In this document: positions 26,794 through 36,940 of the stretch, in pieces
Numbering within the stretch: the stretch's first letter is position 1
Layout of the letters: every line of letters starts with the position of its first letter
Assembly: GCF_963921235.1 (NCBI RefSeq)
Contig: NC_086097.1
Coordinates: 89,964,001-90,028,000 of the forward strand
Source of the DNA: Mobula hypostoma
Lineage: Eukaryota
DNA: 64,000 nucleotides
Direction of reading: 5' to 3'
Made by a program: the position numbers and the translations under genes
Notes under the pieces: generated by a model
Told to the model about the DNA's origin: nothing
Seen by the model: only the letters and a program-made list of their open reading frames with translations
Database searches by the model: none

Positions 26794-27840
26794 GGAATAT
26801 ACTCATCAAGTATAGAACGTATCGTAATCAAAACCAGTTTTACTACGAATGTTGGTACTGATTTAGAGATGGAATGAAATATTACTAACATTTGGATAAA
26901 GTCGCACAAAGATGTTCCCATAAGGCAGAACAATGATTTTGATAATAATGTACTTTTTGAACTTTTAAACCCCCCCCCCTTCCCTGAAACCAAGACAATC
27001 CAGAACTCATGTCTCCATACTATCGGCACATCTTTCCCGGAGCACAACAACGTAGACGCTCTTCCCATTTACCGAGGGACAACCTCGCACTCGAGTGAAT
27101 CTCTAATCCCTGGATCCTGCATCTTAATTTCAAGCCCCAAGCGGTTTCACACCCGATTTGGAACCAGCTTGGGCAAAACAACTCCAACAGCACAAACAGG
27201 CTTTCACTCCAGTTTTCAGCACCTTCGATCTCCTGAGTCTCCAAACTGTTATGCCTGTTTGCCAACACCGGACTGAAGTTTATATTTCCGTGCCCAATAG
27301 AGGACAATGATTTCGATCAGAGATAAATAATAAATGCACAAGATAAACAAAAAATGCAAGTGCAAAGTCAACACAACAGCATCAATTAACTTGTAAAACA
27401 AATAAATCCCGAACGTACAAAAATAGCCTTTGGCAACCAAACACTTCGTGTATTTCTGCCATCCGTTTGTTGCCCAGGCATGTTCCGGAAATGTGAACAA
27501 GTGAAATAAATGCTTGAAGTACAACGAAAAAGCCCAAACATTAACATCCAAGACAGCGAAAATACACACACACACACGCAAAGTTTATATTGACCCTTTC
27601 ACTGTTATAAGGACACAGCACCCTTTCGATAAGAAAAGCATACCAGATCATCTGTGCTGGCTTGACAACGCGCATGCAATACTGATCCGCTAGTGATGTA
27701 GAAGCAATATTTACAAAGAAACAATCAAGTATGTTTTACAGTATTCATTGGACAAAAAGGAGGGCAAGTCCAGTTGATTCATGCAGAAATAAAGGAGAAG
27801 CGCCCCTGACAGAAGCTTGGTGGTTTGAAGGTGTACTTAC

Positions 27841-27950
27841 TTATCCGTAGGTAACTGAGTGGAGTTATATCGAACGGTGCACACTCCTTACAGTAATCTG
27901 ATTAATCACCGCGATTTGCGCGCCGACCTGCTGTTTACCTCCTGTCTCTA
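27841..27950 (-). other. Candidate non-coding first exon of a minus-strand transcript
   Basis: Lies immediately left of the CCAAT boxes; ends in consensus donor GGATAA|GTAAGT (acttac at 27835-27840); 5' boundary approximate. Confidence 0.4.
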
Positions 27951-28430
27951 CTGTCAATCAGGTCTCGTCATAAGCTAATAACAATGACATGGCCAATCAG
28001 CAGCGAGCTCCCCTGCGCCTCTAGTGGCCAATCACGGGCGGCTCTCTCCCCTCCTGCCTGTAGTGTCGGACTTCCTCCGCAGGCGGCGCTGATTACGCGG
28101 CTGTCGCCAACCGCAGCGAGGCCCGCAGGCAGACGGAGGAGTCCGCCTTTGACCACATTCGGAGCACCAGGTCTCTGCGGCTGCGCGTTAGTATCCTTTG
28201 CAACGCGTCAACGTCTCAAGGCCGACCTACGTCATATCAGCTGAACCCTCGCACCAATCAGAAAATGGAAGCCTGTGGTTTCCAAGCGAAAAACGGTCGT
28301 GTCAGCCAACCAAAAGCGGCCATTTGTCTCCCCGCCCCTTTCGGCGCTGCAGCCTGCTCCGGCGGGCTGTCAGCGTGTTTGGGAACCGGTGCGGCGCCGC
28401 GGAATCCGACCACGCATCGTGAAGAAGAAT
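27900..28430. promoter_or_regulatory. CpG island promoter, probably bidirectional
   Basis: Highest GC/CpG density in the window; NF-Y CCAAT boxes at 27993, 28028, 28254; GC box ccccgcccc ~28330; CRE half-sites ~28204 and ~28229; no TATA evident. Confidence 0.8.
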
Positions 28431-28488
28431 GTCTAATGAAAACAAATGTGTTTGCTGGCTATTTATTGGTTTATTGCTCATTGTTCAG
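28429..28488 (+). CDS. Candidate first coding exon, signal-peptide-like MSNENKCVCWLFIGLLLIVQ
   Basis: ATG with A at -3 at the island edge; 20 codons with a hydrophobic core; phase-0 donor CAG|GTGGGA; downstream exons not identified. Confidence 0.4.
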
Positions 28489-28619
28489 GTGGGACCGGGC
28501 CAAAAGAGCGGTGGTAAACTTTTTCGGCTCTGTGTCAAAACAAAATCATGGCTGAACTGATCAGATATTTATTGATCTGTGGGAAAGGAAAACACAATGA
28601 TTGAGCCCCCAGCGTGTCA

Positions 28620-31250
28620 GGCAGCATCACTGGAAATGAGTAAACAGTCGACATTTCGGGCCGAGACCCTTCTTCAGGACTGGAATGGAAGGGGGAAGAG
28701 GCCAGATTAAACATGTAGGCGTGGGGGGAAAGGGGAATGGAGGAGAGCTAGAAGGAGGTAAGTCAAGCCAGGTGGGTGGGAGAGGTAAAGGGCTGTAGAA
28801 GAAGGAATCTGAGAAGAGAGTAGTGTAGACGGTGGAGGAAGGGGAAGAAGGAGGAGTGCTGGGGGAGGTGTTAGGCAGGTGAGAAGAGGCCAGAGAGTGG
28901 GGACTAGAAGAAACGCACACAAAATGCTGGAGGAACTCAGCAGACCAGGCAGCATCTATGGGGAAAACAGTACAGTCGACATTTCGCGCCGAGACCCTTC
29001 GACAGGACTCTAGGCCCAAAACATTGACTACTTTTCTCATAGATGCTGCCTAACCTGCTGAGGTCCCCCAGCTTTTGTGTGTGTTTCGTGGATTTCCAGC
29101 ATCTGCAGATTTTCTCTTGTTTGGGGAATAGAAGAAGTGGTAAGGGGGGGGGAACACTGGAAGGAGAAATTGGTGTTAGTGCCATCAGGTTGGAAGCTAC
29201 CTAGAGGGAATAGAGGTGTTGCTCCTTCACCCTGAGAGTGGCCTCATCCTGGCAAAAGAGGAGGCCATGGACCGACATATCGGAATGGGGATAGGAATTA
29301 ACATAATTGGCTCCCAGGAAATTCCACTTTTGGAAGATGGAGTGGAGGTGTTGGACAAAATGGTCCCCTAATTTATGTTGCATCTCACCAATATAGAGGA
29401 GGCCACATCAGGAACACTGGACACAATAGACAACCCCAAAAGATTCATAGGGGAAGTGTTGCAGCACCTGGAAGGACTGTTTGGGCCCCTGAATGGAGGT
29501 GAGGGGAGAAGTAAATGGGCAGGTACAACGTTTCTGTTGCTTGCAGGGATATGTGCCAGGAGGGAGATTAGTGGGGAGGGACAAATGTACAAGGAAATCA
29601 CAGAGCTAGCAATCCCTGTGGAAAGCAGAGTATGGGGGGGGGGGGGATAAAATGCACTTGGTAGTAGGATCCTGTTGAAAATGATGGAAGTTACAGAGAA
29701 TGATGTATTTGGATATGGAGAGGTATGGGATGGTAGGTGGGGACAAGAGGAACCCTGTTAAGGAGGCGAGAAGATAGGGTGAGTGCAAATGTCCAGGAAA
29801 TGGAGGAGATGTGGGTGAGGGAGGCACCAATGGTGGAAGAAGGGAAACTGTTCTTTGAAGAAGGAGGACATCTCTGATGTCCTGGAAAGGAAAGCATCAT
29901 CCTGGGAACACATGCAGCAGAGACAAAGAAACCAAGAAAAGGGAATGGCATTTCTACATGTGACAGGGTGAGAAGAGGTATGGTCACAATAGCCGTGGGA
30001 ATTGGTAGGTGTATAAAAGATGCCGGTAGACAGTTTGTCTCCAGAGATAGACAGATTGAGAAAGGAGAGGGAGGTGTCAGAGATGGACCAAGTGAAATTA
30101 AGGGCAGGATGGAAGTTGGAGGTAAAGTTGATGAAATTGACAAGCTCAGCATTGGTGCACTGAGTGGGGAGCGTTACCAGGGAAGGCTTCGAACGTGGAC
30201 TGTTCCACATGGCCAAGGAAAGGACAGGCATAGCTAGAGTCCATGTGGGTGCCCATGGCTACCCCTGGAGTCTGGAGAAAGTGTGTGGAGCTGAAGGAGA
30301 AATTGTTGAGGGTGTGGGGGCATGATCTACTAGGAGGGTGGTGGTGGAGGGGAACTGATTTGTTCTTTTATTGAGAAAGAAAGAGAGCTTTGGAACCTTG
30401 ATAGGGAATAGAAGTGTATAGGACTGAACATCCTTGGTGAAAATGGTCAGGGCCAGGGAATTGAAAGTTACTGAGGAGATCTTGAGCATATGAAATGTCA
30501 CGGAAGTAGGTGGGAAGGGACTGAACCAAGGGGTTTTAGAATGGTTGAGGTATGCGGACACAAGTTCAATGGGGCAGGAGCAGGAAGAAAATAGATCTAC
30601 CCAGACAGTCAGGTTTCTGCATCTTGGGAAGGAGGTAGAAATGAACAGTGCAGGAAAGGGGAACTATGAGTTTGGTGACAAGGAATGGGCGCTCTACAGA
30701 GATGATGAGGTCAGTGAAAGTATCAGAGACAGCTTTCTGATGGTTCAAAGTAGGATCTTCTCCAAGGGGTAGGTAAGAGGAGATGTCTGAGAGTTGCCAC
30801 CTGGCCTCAGCAAGGTAGAGGGTAGTCTGCCACAAACAGCTCCCCCTTTGTTTGCAAGTTTGATGGTGAGGATAGGATTGGTGCAGAGAGAGTGGAGGGC
30901 AGTGCGTTCAGCGGGGAGAAAGGAGTCCAGATGTTGATGTCTCATTGGCATTGGAAATGAAAAGATCCAGAACAGGCAGAGAACCAGAACCAAGAAGAAG
31001 AGACGGGTTGGATATGGGAGAAGAGGTCATCAATATGGGAATGCAGGGTGGAGAAATTTTGCCAAAGAAGTGGGCTCAGAGATGGAGGCGATGGAAGAAG
31101 GGCTTGGTGTCGTAGTGGGCACAAAACTCACTGAGAGGTGGGCAAAGGTAAGGCCCTTACTGAGGGCAGAACGTTCTGCCTCAGAGAGGGAAGGCTGGTG
31201 GGAATGGTGAAGATTCCCGCTGCAATCAGAGGGGTGCCTCTGGGGTAGAA
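28620..31250 (-). mobile_element. Decayed near-full-length Penelope-like retroelement (RT + GIY-YIG)
   Basis: Frameshifted PLE peptides in order: FYLLPKMQKPDCLGR, IFTKDVQS.YT, NFHPALNFTWSIS...SSHPVTC.NAIPFS, GIY-YIG remnant ~29200-29480, 3' UTR with hammerhead core at 28645-28683. Confidence 0.9.
28913..29121. mobile_element. Penelope-derived inverted mini-element nested in the old PLE
   Basis: Inverted arms of the PLE 3' end; TSD tggggactagaagaa (28898-28912) / tggggaatagaagaa (29122-29136). Confidence 0.8.
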
Positions 31251-31944
31251 CAGTTCAGAAATCCCCCACCCTGATTTTCGGTCATTTAACTGAAATTCAT
31301 GACAGGAAGGTATTCAGCCCTTTGTGTCAATGCTAGCTGAAGTAATCCCATTTCCCAGCTCTTGGTCGATGTCCTGAAACACACAAAATTCTTCTCCGCC
31401 CCGACGCCTTGCTGAGTTATTCAAAAGACGTGGACCAAATTCCAGCATCTGCTGTCCCTTGTGTCTCACTTGTTGGTTGATGCCCTGTCTCATTGTGACA
31501 TTTTAAACACTATTCCTGTAAAGTCCATGTATACGTGTGTGCGTGTGTGGTTTTTCATGTGGCACAGTGGTACAGCTGGTAGAACCACTTGTCTTCTGTG
31601 ACCCAGCTTCAGTCCTGACCTTGGCTGTGGCGTGACATCTGTACCTTCTCCCTTTTGGTTTTCCACAGGTGCTTCAGGTATCGCAAAGAAGTATGGGTTG
31701 ATAGGTTAATTGGCAGCTGTAAATTACCCCCAGTTGTGTTGTTGAGTGGTGGACTCTGGGCGTTGTTGATTGGGAATGTGGGGAGAATAAAATGGGACAA
31801 GTGTAAATGGGTGCAAATGGATGGTTCTGAGTCAGGTTTAATATCACCCACATATGTTGTGAAATTTGTTGGTATGCAGCAGCAGTGCTTTGCAATACAT
31901 AATAATAAAATAATAATTAAAACTGTAAATTACAGTAAGAAGTA

Positions 31945-33481
31945 TAGAAACATAGAAACATAGAAAATAGGTGCAGGAGTAGGCCATTCGGCCCTTCGAG
32001 CCTGCACCGCCATTTATTATGATCATGGCTGATCATCCAACTCAGAACCCAGCCTTCCCTCCATACCCCCTGACCCCTGTAGCCACAAGGGCCATATCTA
32101 ACTTCCTTTTAAACATAGCTAATGAACTGGCCTCAACAGTTTGCTGTGGCAGAGAATTCCACAGATTCACCACTCTCTGTGTGAAGAAGTTTTTCCTAAC
32201 CTCGGTCCTAAAAGGCTTCCCCTCTATCCTCAAACTGTGACCCCTCGTTCTAGACCTCCCCAACATCGGGAACAATCTTCCTGCATCTAGCCTGTCCAAT
32301 CCCTTTAGGATCTTATACGTTTCAATCAGATCCCCCCTCAATCTTCTAAATTCCAACGAGTACAAGCCCAGTTCATCCAGTCTTTCTTCATATGAAAGAC
32401 CTGCCATCCCAGGAATCAATCTGGTGAACCTTCTTTGTACTCCCTCTATGGCAAAGATGTCTTTCCTCAGATTAGGGGACCAAAACTGCACACAATACTC
32501 CAGGTGTGGTCTCACCAAGGCCTTGTACAACTGCAGTAGTACCTCCCTGCTCCTGTACTCGAATCCTCTCGCTATAAATGCCAGCATACCGTTCGCCTTT
32601 TTCACCGCCTGCTGTACCTGCATGCCCACTTTCAATGACTGGTGTATAATGACACCCAGGTCTCGTTGCACCTCCCCTTTTCCTAATCGGCCACCATTCA
32701 GATAATAATCTGTTTTCCTATTTTTGCCACCAAAGTGGATAACTTCACATTTATCCACATTAAATTGCATCTGCCATGAGTTTGCCCACTCACCCAACCT
32801 ATCCAAGTCACCCTGCATCCTCTTAGCATCCTCCTCACTGCTAACACTGCCACCCAGCTTCGTGTCATCCGCAAACTTGGAGATGCTGCATTTAATTCCC
32901 TCATCCAAGTCATTAATATATATTGTAAACAACTGGGGTCCCAGCACTGAGCCTTGCGGTACCCCACTAGTCACCGCCTGCCATTCTGAAAAGGTCCCGT
33001 TTATTCCCACTCTTTGCTTCCTGTCTGCTAACCAATTCTCCACCCACACCAATACCTTACCCCCAATACCGTGTGCTTTAAGTTTGCACACTAATCTCCT
33101 ATGTGGGACCTTGTCAAAAGCCTTTTGAAAATCCAAATATACCACATCCACTGGTTCTCCCCTATCCACTCTACTAGTTACATCCACAAAAAATTCTATG
33201 AGATTCGTCAGACATGATTTTCCTTTCACAAATCCATGCTGACTTTGTCCGATCATTTCACCGCTTTCCAAATGTGCTGTTATCACATCCTTGATAACTG
33301 ACTCCAGCAGTTTCCCCACCACCGACGTTAGGCTAACCGGCCTATAATTCCCCGGTTTCTCTCTCCCTCCTTTTTTAAAAAGTGGGGTTACATTAGCCAC
33401 CCTCCAATCCTCAGGAACTAGTCCAGAATCTAACGAGTTTTGAAAAATTATCACTAATGCATCCACTATTTCTTGGGCCAC
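31945..33481 (-). mobile_element. Young 5'-truncated CR1 LINE
   Basis: Open RT frame, 3' UTR and (ttctatgt)n tail; inserted into a Rex1-type 3' UTR. Confidence 0.95.
32042..33481 (-). CDS. CR1 ORF2 reverse transcriptase (5'-truncated, 479 codons open)
   Basis: NYRPVSLTS, YLDFQKAFDKV, GVPQGSVLGP, KFADDTKLGG, LVRPHLEYCVQFW; start codon is a truncation artefact. Confidence 0.9.
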   Translation of the reverse strand: MAQEIVDALVIIFQNSLDSGLVPEDWRVANVTPLFKKGGREKPGNYRPVSLTSVVGKLLESVIKDVITAHLESGEMIGQSQHGFVKGKSCLTNLIEFFVDVTSRVDRGEPVDVVYLDFQKAFDKVPHRRLVCKLKAHGIGGKVLVWVENWLADRKQRVGINGTFSEWQAVTSGVPQGSVLGPQLFTIYINDLDEGIKCSISKFADDTKLGGSVSSEEDAKRMQGDLDRLGEWANSWQMQFNVDKCEVIHFGGKNRKTDYYLNGGRLGKGEVQRDLGVIIHQSLKVGMQVQQAVKKANGMLAFIARGFEYRSREVLLQLYKALVRPHLEYCVQFWSPNLRKDIFAIEGVQRRFTRLIPGMAGLSYEERLDELGLYSLEFRRLRGDLIETYKILKGLDRLDAGRLFPMLGRSRTRGHSLRIEGKPFRTEVRKNFFTQRVVNLWNSLPQQTVEASSLAMFKRKLDMALVATGVRGYGGKAGF

Positions 33482-34242
33482 TATATATAAGTTAAATTAG
33501 TGCAAAGAGAGAAAAAAGAATTAGTGATGTGGTGTTCATGGGTTCAATGCCCCTTCAGAAATCCGATGGCAAAGGGGAAGAAACTGTTCTTGAATCATTG
33601 ACTGTGTGCCTTCAGGCCCCTGTACCTCCTCTCTGATGGTAGTAATCAGAAGAGGCGATATCCTGGGTGATGGGGGGGGGTGTTCTTTAATGATGGATGC
33701 CGCCTTTTTGAGGCGCTCCTTGAAAATGTCCTGGATGCTGGGGAGGCCAATGCTGTGGACTTGGTGGACAGAGGCACCTTTGTTATTCAAACCTAGGTGG
33801 GATGGTAGGTTTCCTACCTTGAAGCTTGTTAGATAAACATATTCCTTTGCTAACAACACACATCAAAGTTGCTGGTGAACGCAGCAGGCCAGGCAGCATC
33901 TCTAGGAAGAGGTGCAGTCGACATTTCAGGCCGAGACCCTTCGTCAGGACTAACTGAAGGAAGAGTGAGTAAGGGATTTGAAAGCTGGAGGGGGAGGGGG
34001 AGATGCAAAATGATAGGAGAAGACAGGAGGGGGAGGGATAGAGCCAAGAGCTGGACAGGTGATAGGCAAAAGGGGATACGAGAGGATCATGGGACAGGAG
34101 GTCCGGGAAGAAAGACGGGGGGGGTGACCGAGAGGATGGGCAAGAGGTATATTCAGAGGGACAGAGGGAGAAAAAGGAGAGTGAGAGAAAGAATGTGTGC
34201 ATAAAAATGAGTAACAGATGGGGTATGAGGGGCAGGTGGGGC

Positions 34243-34956
34243 CTAGCGGAAGTTAGAGAAGTCAATGTTCATGCCATCAGGTTGGAGGCTACCCAGACGG
34301 AATATAAGGTGTTGTTCCTCCAACCTGAGTGTGGCTTCATCTTTACAGTAGAGGAGGCCGTGGATAGACATGTCAGAATGGGAATGGGATGTGGAATTAA
34401 AATGTGTGGCCACTGGGAGATCCTGCTTTCTCTGGCGGACAGAGCGTAGATGTTCAGCAAAGCGGTCTCCCAGTCTGCGTCGGGTCTCACCAATATATAA
34501 AAGGCCACATCGGGAGCACCGGACGCAGTATATCACCCCAGTCGACTCACAGGTGAAGTGATGCCTCACCTGGAAGGACTGTTTGGGGCCCTGAATGGTG
34601 GTAAGGGAGGAAGTGTAAGGGCATGTGTAGCACTTGTTCCGCTTACACGGATAAGTGCCAGGAGGGAGATCAGTGGGGAGGGATGGGGGGGACGAATGGA
34701 CAAGGGAGTTGTGTAGGGAGCGATCCCTGCGGAATGCAGAGAGAGGGGGGGAGGGAAAGATGTTCTTAGTGGTGGGATCCCGTTGGAGGTGGCGGAAGTT
34801 ACGGAGAATAATATGTTGGACCCGGAGGCTGGTGGGGTGGTAGGTGAGGACCAGGGGAACCCTATTCCTAGTGGGGTGGTGGGAGGATGGAGTGAGAGCA
34901 GATGTACGTGAAATGGGGGAGATGCGTTTAAGAGCAGAGTTGATAGTGGAGGAAGG
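34243..34956 (-). CDS. PLE C-terminal GIY-YIG endonuclease (5'-truncated)
   Basis: CKRNKCYTCPY...VIYCVRCSRCGLLYIGETRRRLGDRFAEH...LEEQHLIFRLGSLQPDGMN; the N-terminus of the listed ORF (34957-35073) is antisense of the inverted arm. Confidence 0.88.
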   Translation of the reverse strand, partial: PSSTINSALKRISPISRTSALTPSSHHPTRNRVPLVLTYHPTSLRVQHIILRNFRHLQRDPTTKNIFPSPPLSAFRRDRSLHNSLVHSSPPSLPTDLPPGTYPCKRNKCYTCPYTSSLTTIQGPKQSFQVRHHFTCESTGVIYCVRCSRCGLLYIGETRRRLGDRFAEHLRSVRQRKQDLPVATHFNSTSHSHSDMSIHGLLYCKDEATLRLEEQHLIFRLGSLQPDGMNIDFSNFR

Positions 34957-35494
34957 GACCCGACGCAGACTGGGAGACCGCTTTGCTGAACATCTACGCT
35001 CTGTCCGCCAGAGAAAGCAGGATCTCCCAGTGGCCACACATTTTAATTCCACATCCCATTCCCATTCTGACATGTCTATCCACGGCCTCCTCTACTGTAA
35101 AGATGAAGCCACACTCAGGTTGGAGGAACAACACCTTATATTCCGTCTGGGTAGCCTCCAACCTGATGGCATGAACATTGACTTCTCTAACTTCCGCTAG
35201 GCCCCACCTCCCCCTCGTACCTCATCTGTTACTCATTTTTATTCACATATTCTTTCTCTCACTCTCCTTTTTCTCCCTCTGTCCCTCTGAATATACCTCT
35301 TGCCCATCCTCTGGGTCACCCCCCCCCCCGTCTTTCTTCCCGGACCTCCTGTCCCATGATCCTCTCGTATCCCCTTTTGCCTATCACCTGTCCAGCTCTC
35401 GGCTCTATCCCTCCCCCTCCTGTCTTCTCCTATCATTTTGCATCTCCCCCTCCCCCTCCAGCTTTCAAATCCCTTACTCACTCTTCCTTCAGTT

Positions 35495-35531
35495 AGTCCT
35501 GACGAAGGGTCTCGACCTGAAACGTCGACTG
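35495..35531 (+). ncRNA. Minimal hammerhead ribozyme motif (mirror copy at 33915-33951, minus)
   Basis: AGUC-CUGACGA-A-GGGU(CUCG)ACCU-GAAA-C-GUC^GACUG. Confidence 0.8.
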
Positions 35532-36940
35532 CACCTCTTCCTAGAGATGCTGCCTGGCCTGCTGCGTTCACCAGCAACTTTGATGTGTGTTGCTTGAATT
35601 TCCAGCATCTGCAGAATTCCTGTTGTTTCCTTTGCTAAAAGTCTGGTGGTTACTGAAATTAGTACTGTATTTGAATTGCCACAGAGGGCTATGGGCCAAA
35701 TGCCAGTAACTAGAGACAATTGATAGCCTGGAACAGTTGGGCTAAGGGGCCTGCTTCTCTGCTGTACGACTCCAGGTTTTGTTCCATATTTCTTAGAGCT
35801 TGATTTTGTGCTGTATGACTGGAATCAGAGGTCAGAACTCGAGTTGTACAACACAGGATCTCCTGCGCTTTCCATTTTTAAATTGTGTGAGTTGATTTCT
35901 TTCAGAGTCAGTTGAAGAAGAAAGCAATGACTCACACTCACTTCTTCCAGGAAAATGGAACGTGCAGGACATCATGTGCTCTATGGAGTTGTACAACATG
36001 GAAACTGGTTCATGCTGAGCAAGATTCCCATCTAAACAATCTCAATTACCTTCCTTCAAAATGCAGAAGGAACTCAACAAGCCAGGCAACATCGATGGAG
36101 GGAAATAAACAGTTGGTATTTCATCAAGATTGGAAAAGGGGACAAGACAGAATAAGAAGGTGGGAGGAAAGTGAAGAGTACAAGCTGCGGATGATAGATG
36201 AGACTAGGTGAGGGGGAAGCGGTGGATGGGTAAGGGAGGGCGATAATGTGAGAAGCTGCGCGGTGATAGGTAGACAAGGTAAAGGGCTGAAGAAGGAATC
36301 TGATAGGAGAGATATCAGAGGTGACGGGCAGGTCGCAAGGTCGGGCTGGGAGGAAGTGGGGCAAACAAACCCATAGAACCTTAAAATTATTTTGTATTAC
36401 CAACAAAAGAATTAGCGTATCTGATATTACTGATTATTGTTGGACCAGTTCCCATGGTTTTACTCTTTTTTTCTGCATTTGTGCTAACTTGCTAATGTCA
36501 TTCTTCATCTTGCCCTCATGTATGTCACATTGTTGATGCTCCACAACCAAGCTTTTTGACTTGTAGCACCACTCTTCCAGATTTTATATGCGAGCTAATA
36601 CAGACTTCTGTCTGAACAGAACTCCTGAAGCTGGGTAAAAAGTTGCTTGTGATCGGTAAAGCAACTTATAACTAATAAGTGCTTCATGAAAATCCATATA
36701 CGAAATATGGCAAGCAATCTTATTATCCTTTTGGGTAAACACACCAGCATTATTTATACAAAAGCAGAAAGTTATCAAAAGCAACCATTCTTCACTCCAA
36801 TAGTGTCAGCCCTCCCCACCACTAAGCATATTTACATGGAGCACTGCCACAAGAAAACAGCATTCATCTTCGCGGACTCCCACCAGCCAGACCATGCTCT
36901 TTTCTCACTGCTAACATCGGACTGGAAGTACAGGAGCCTT

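Larger units (their letters stand above)
33854..35626. mobile_element. Young Penelope-like element with ~630-bp inverted arms
   Basis: 33854-34486 is the near-perfect reverse complement of 34957-35592; 12-bp TSD ttcctttgctaa (33842-33853, 35627-35638). Confidence 0.95.

Noticed and set aside
26790..27307. Minus-strand ORFs near the promoter
   Set aside because: No homology recognised; one ends in a PLE fragment; more likely intron or UTR
34243..35200. 276-aa and 118-aa ORFs as complete genes
   Set aside because: Chimeric across the inversion junction at 34957; only the GIY-YIG part is genuine and it lacks its native start
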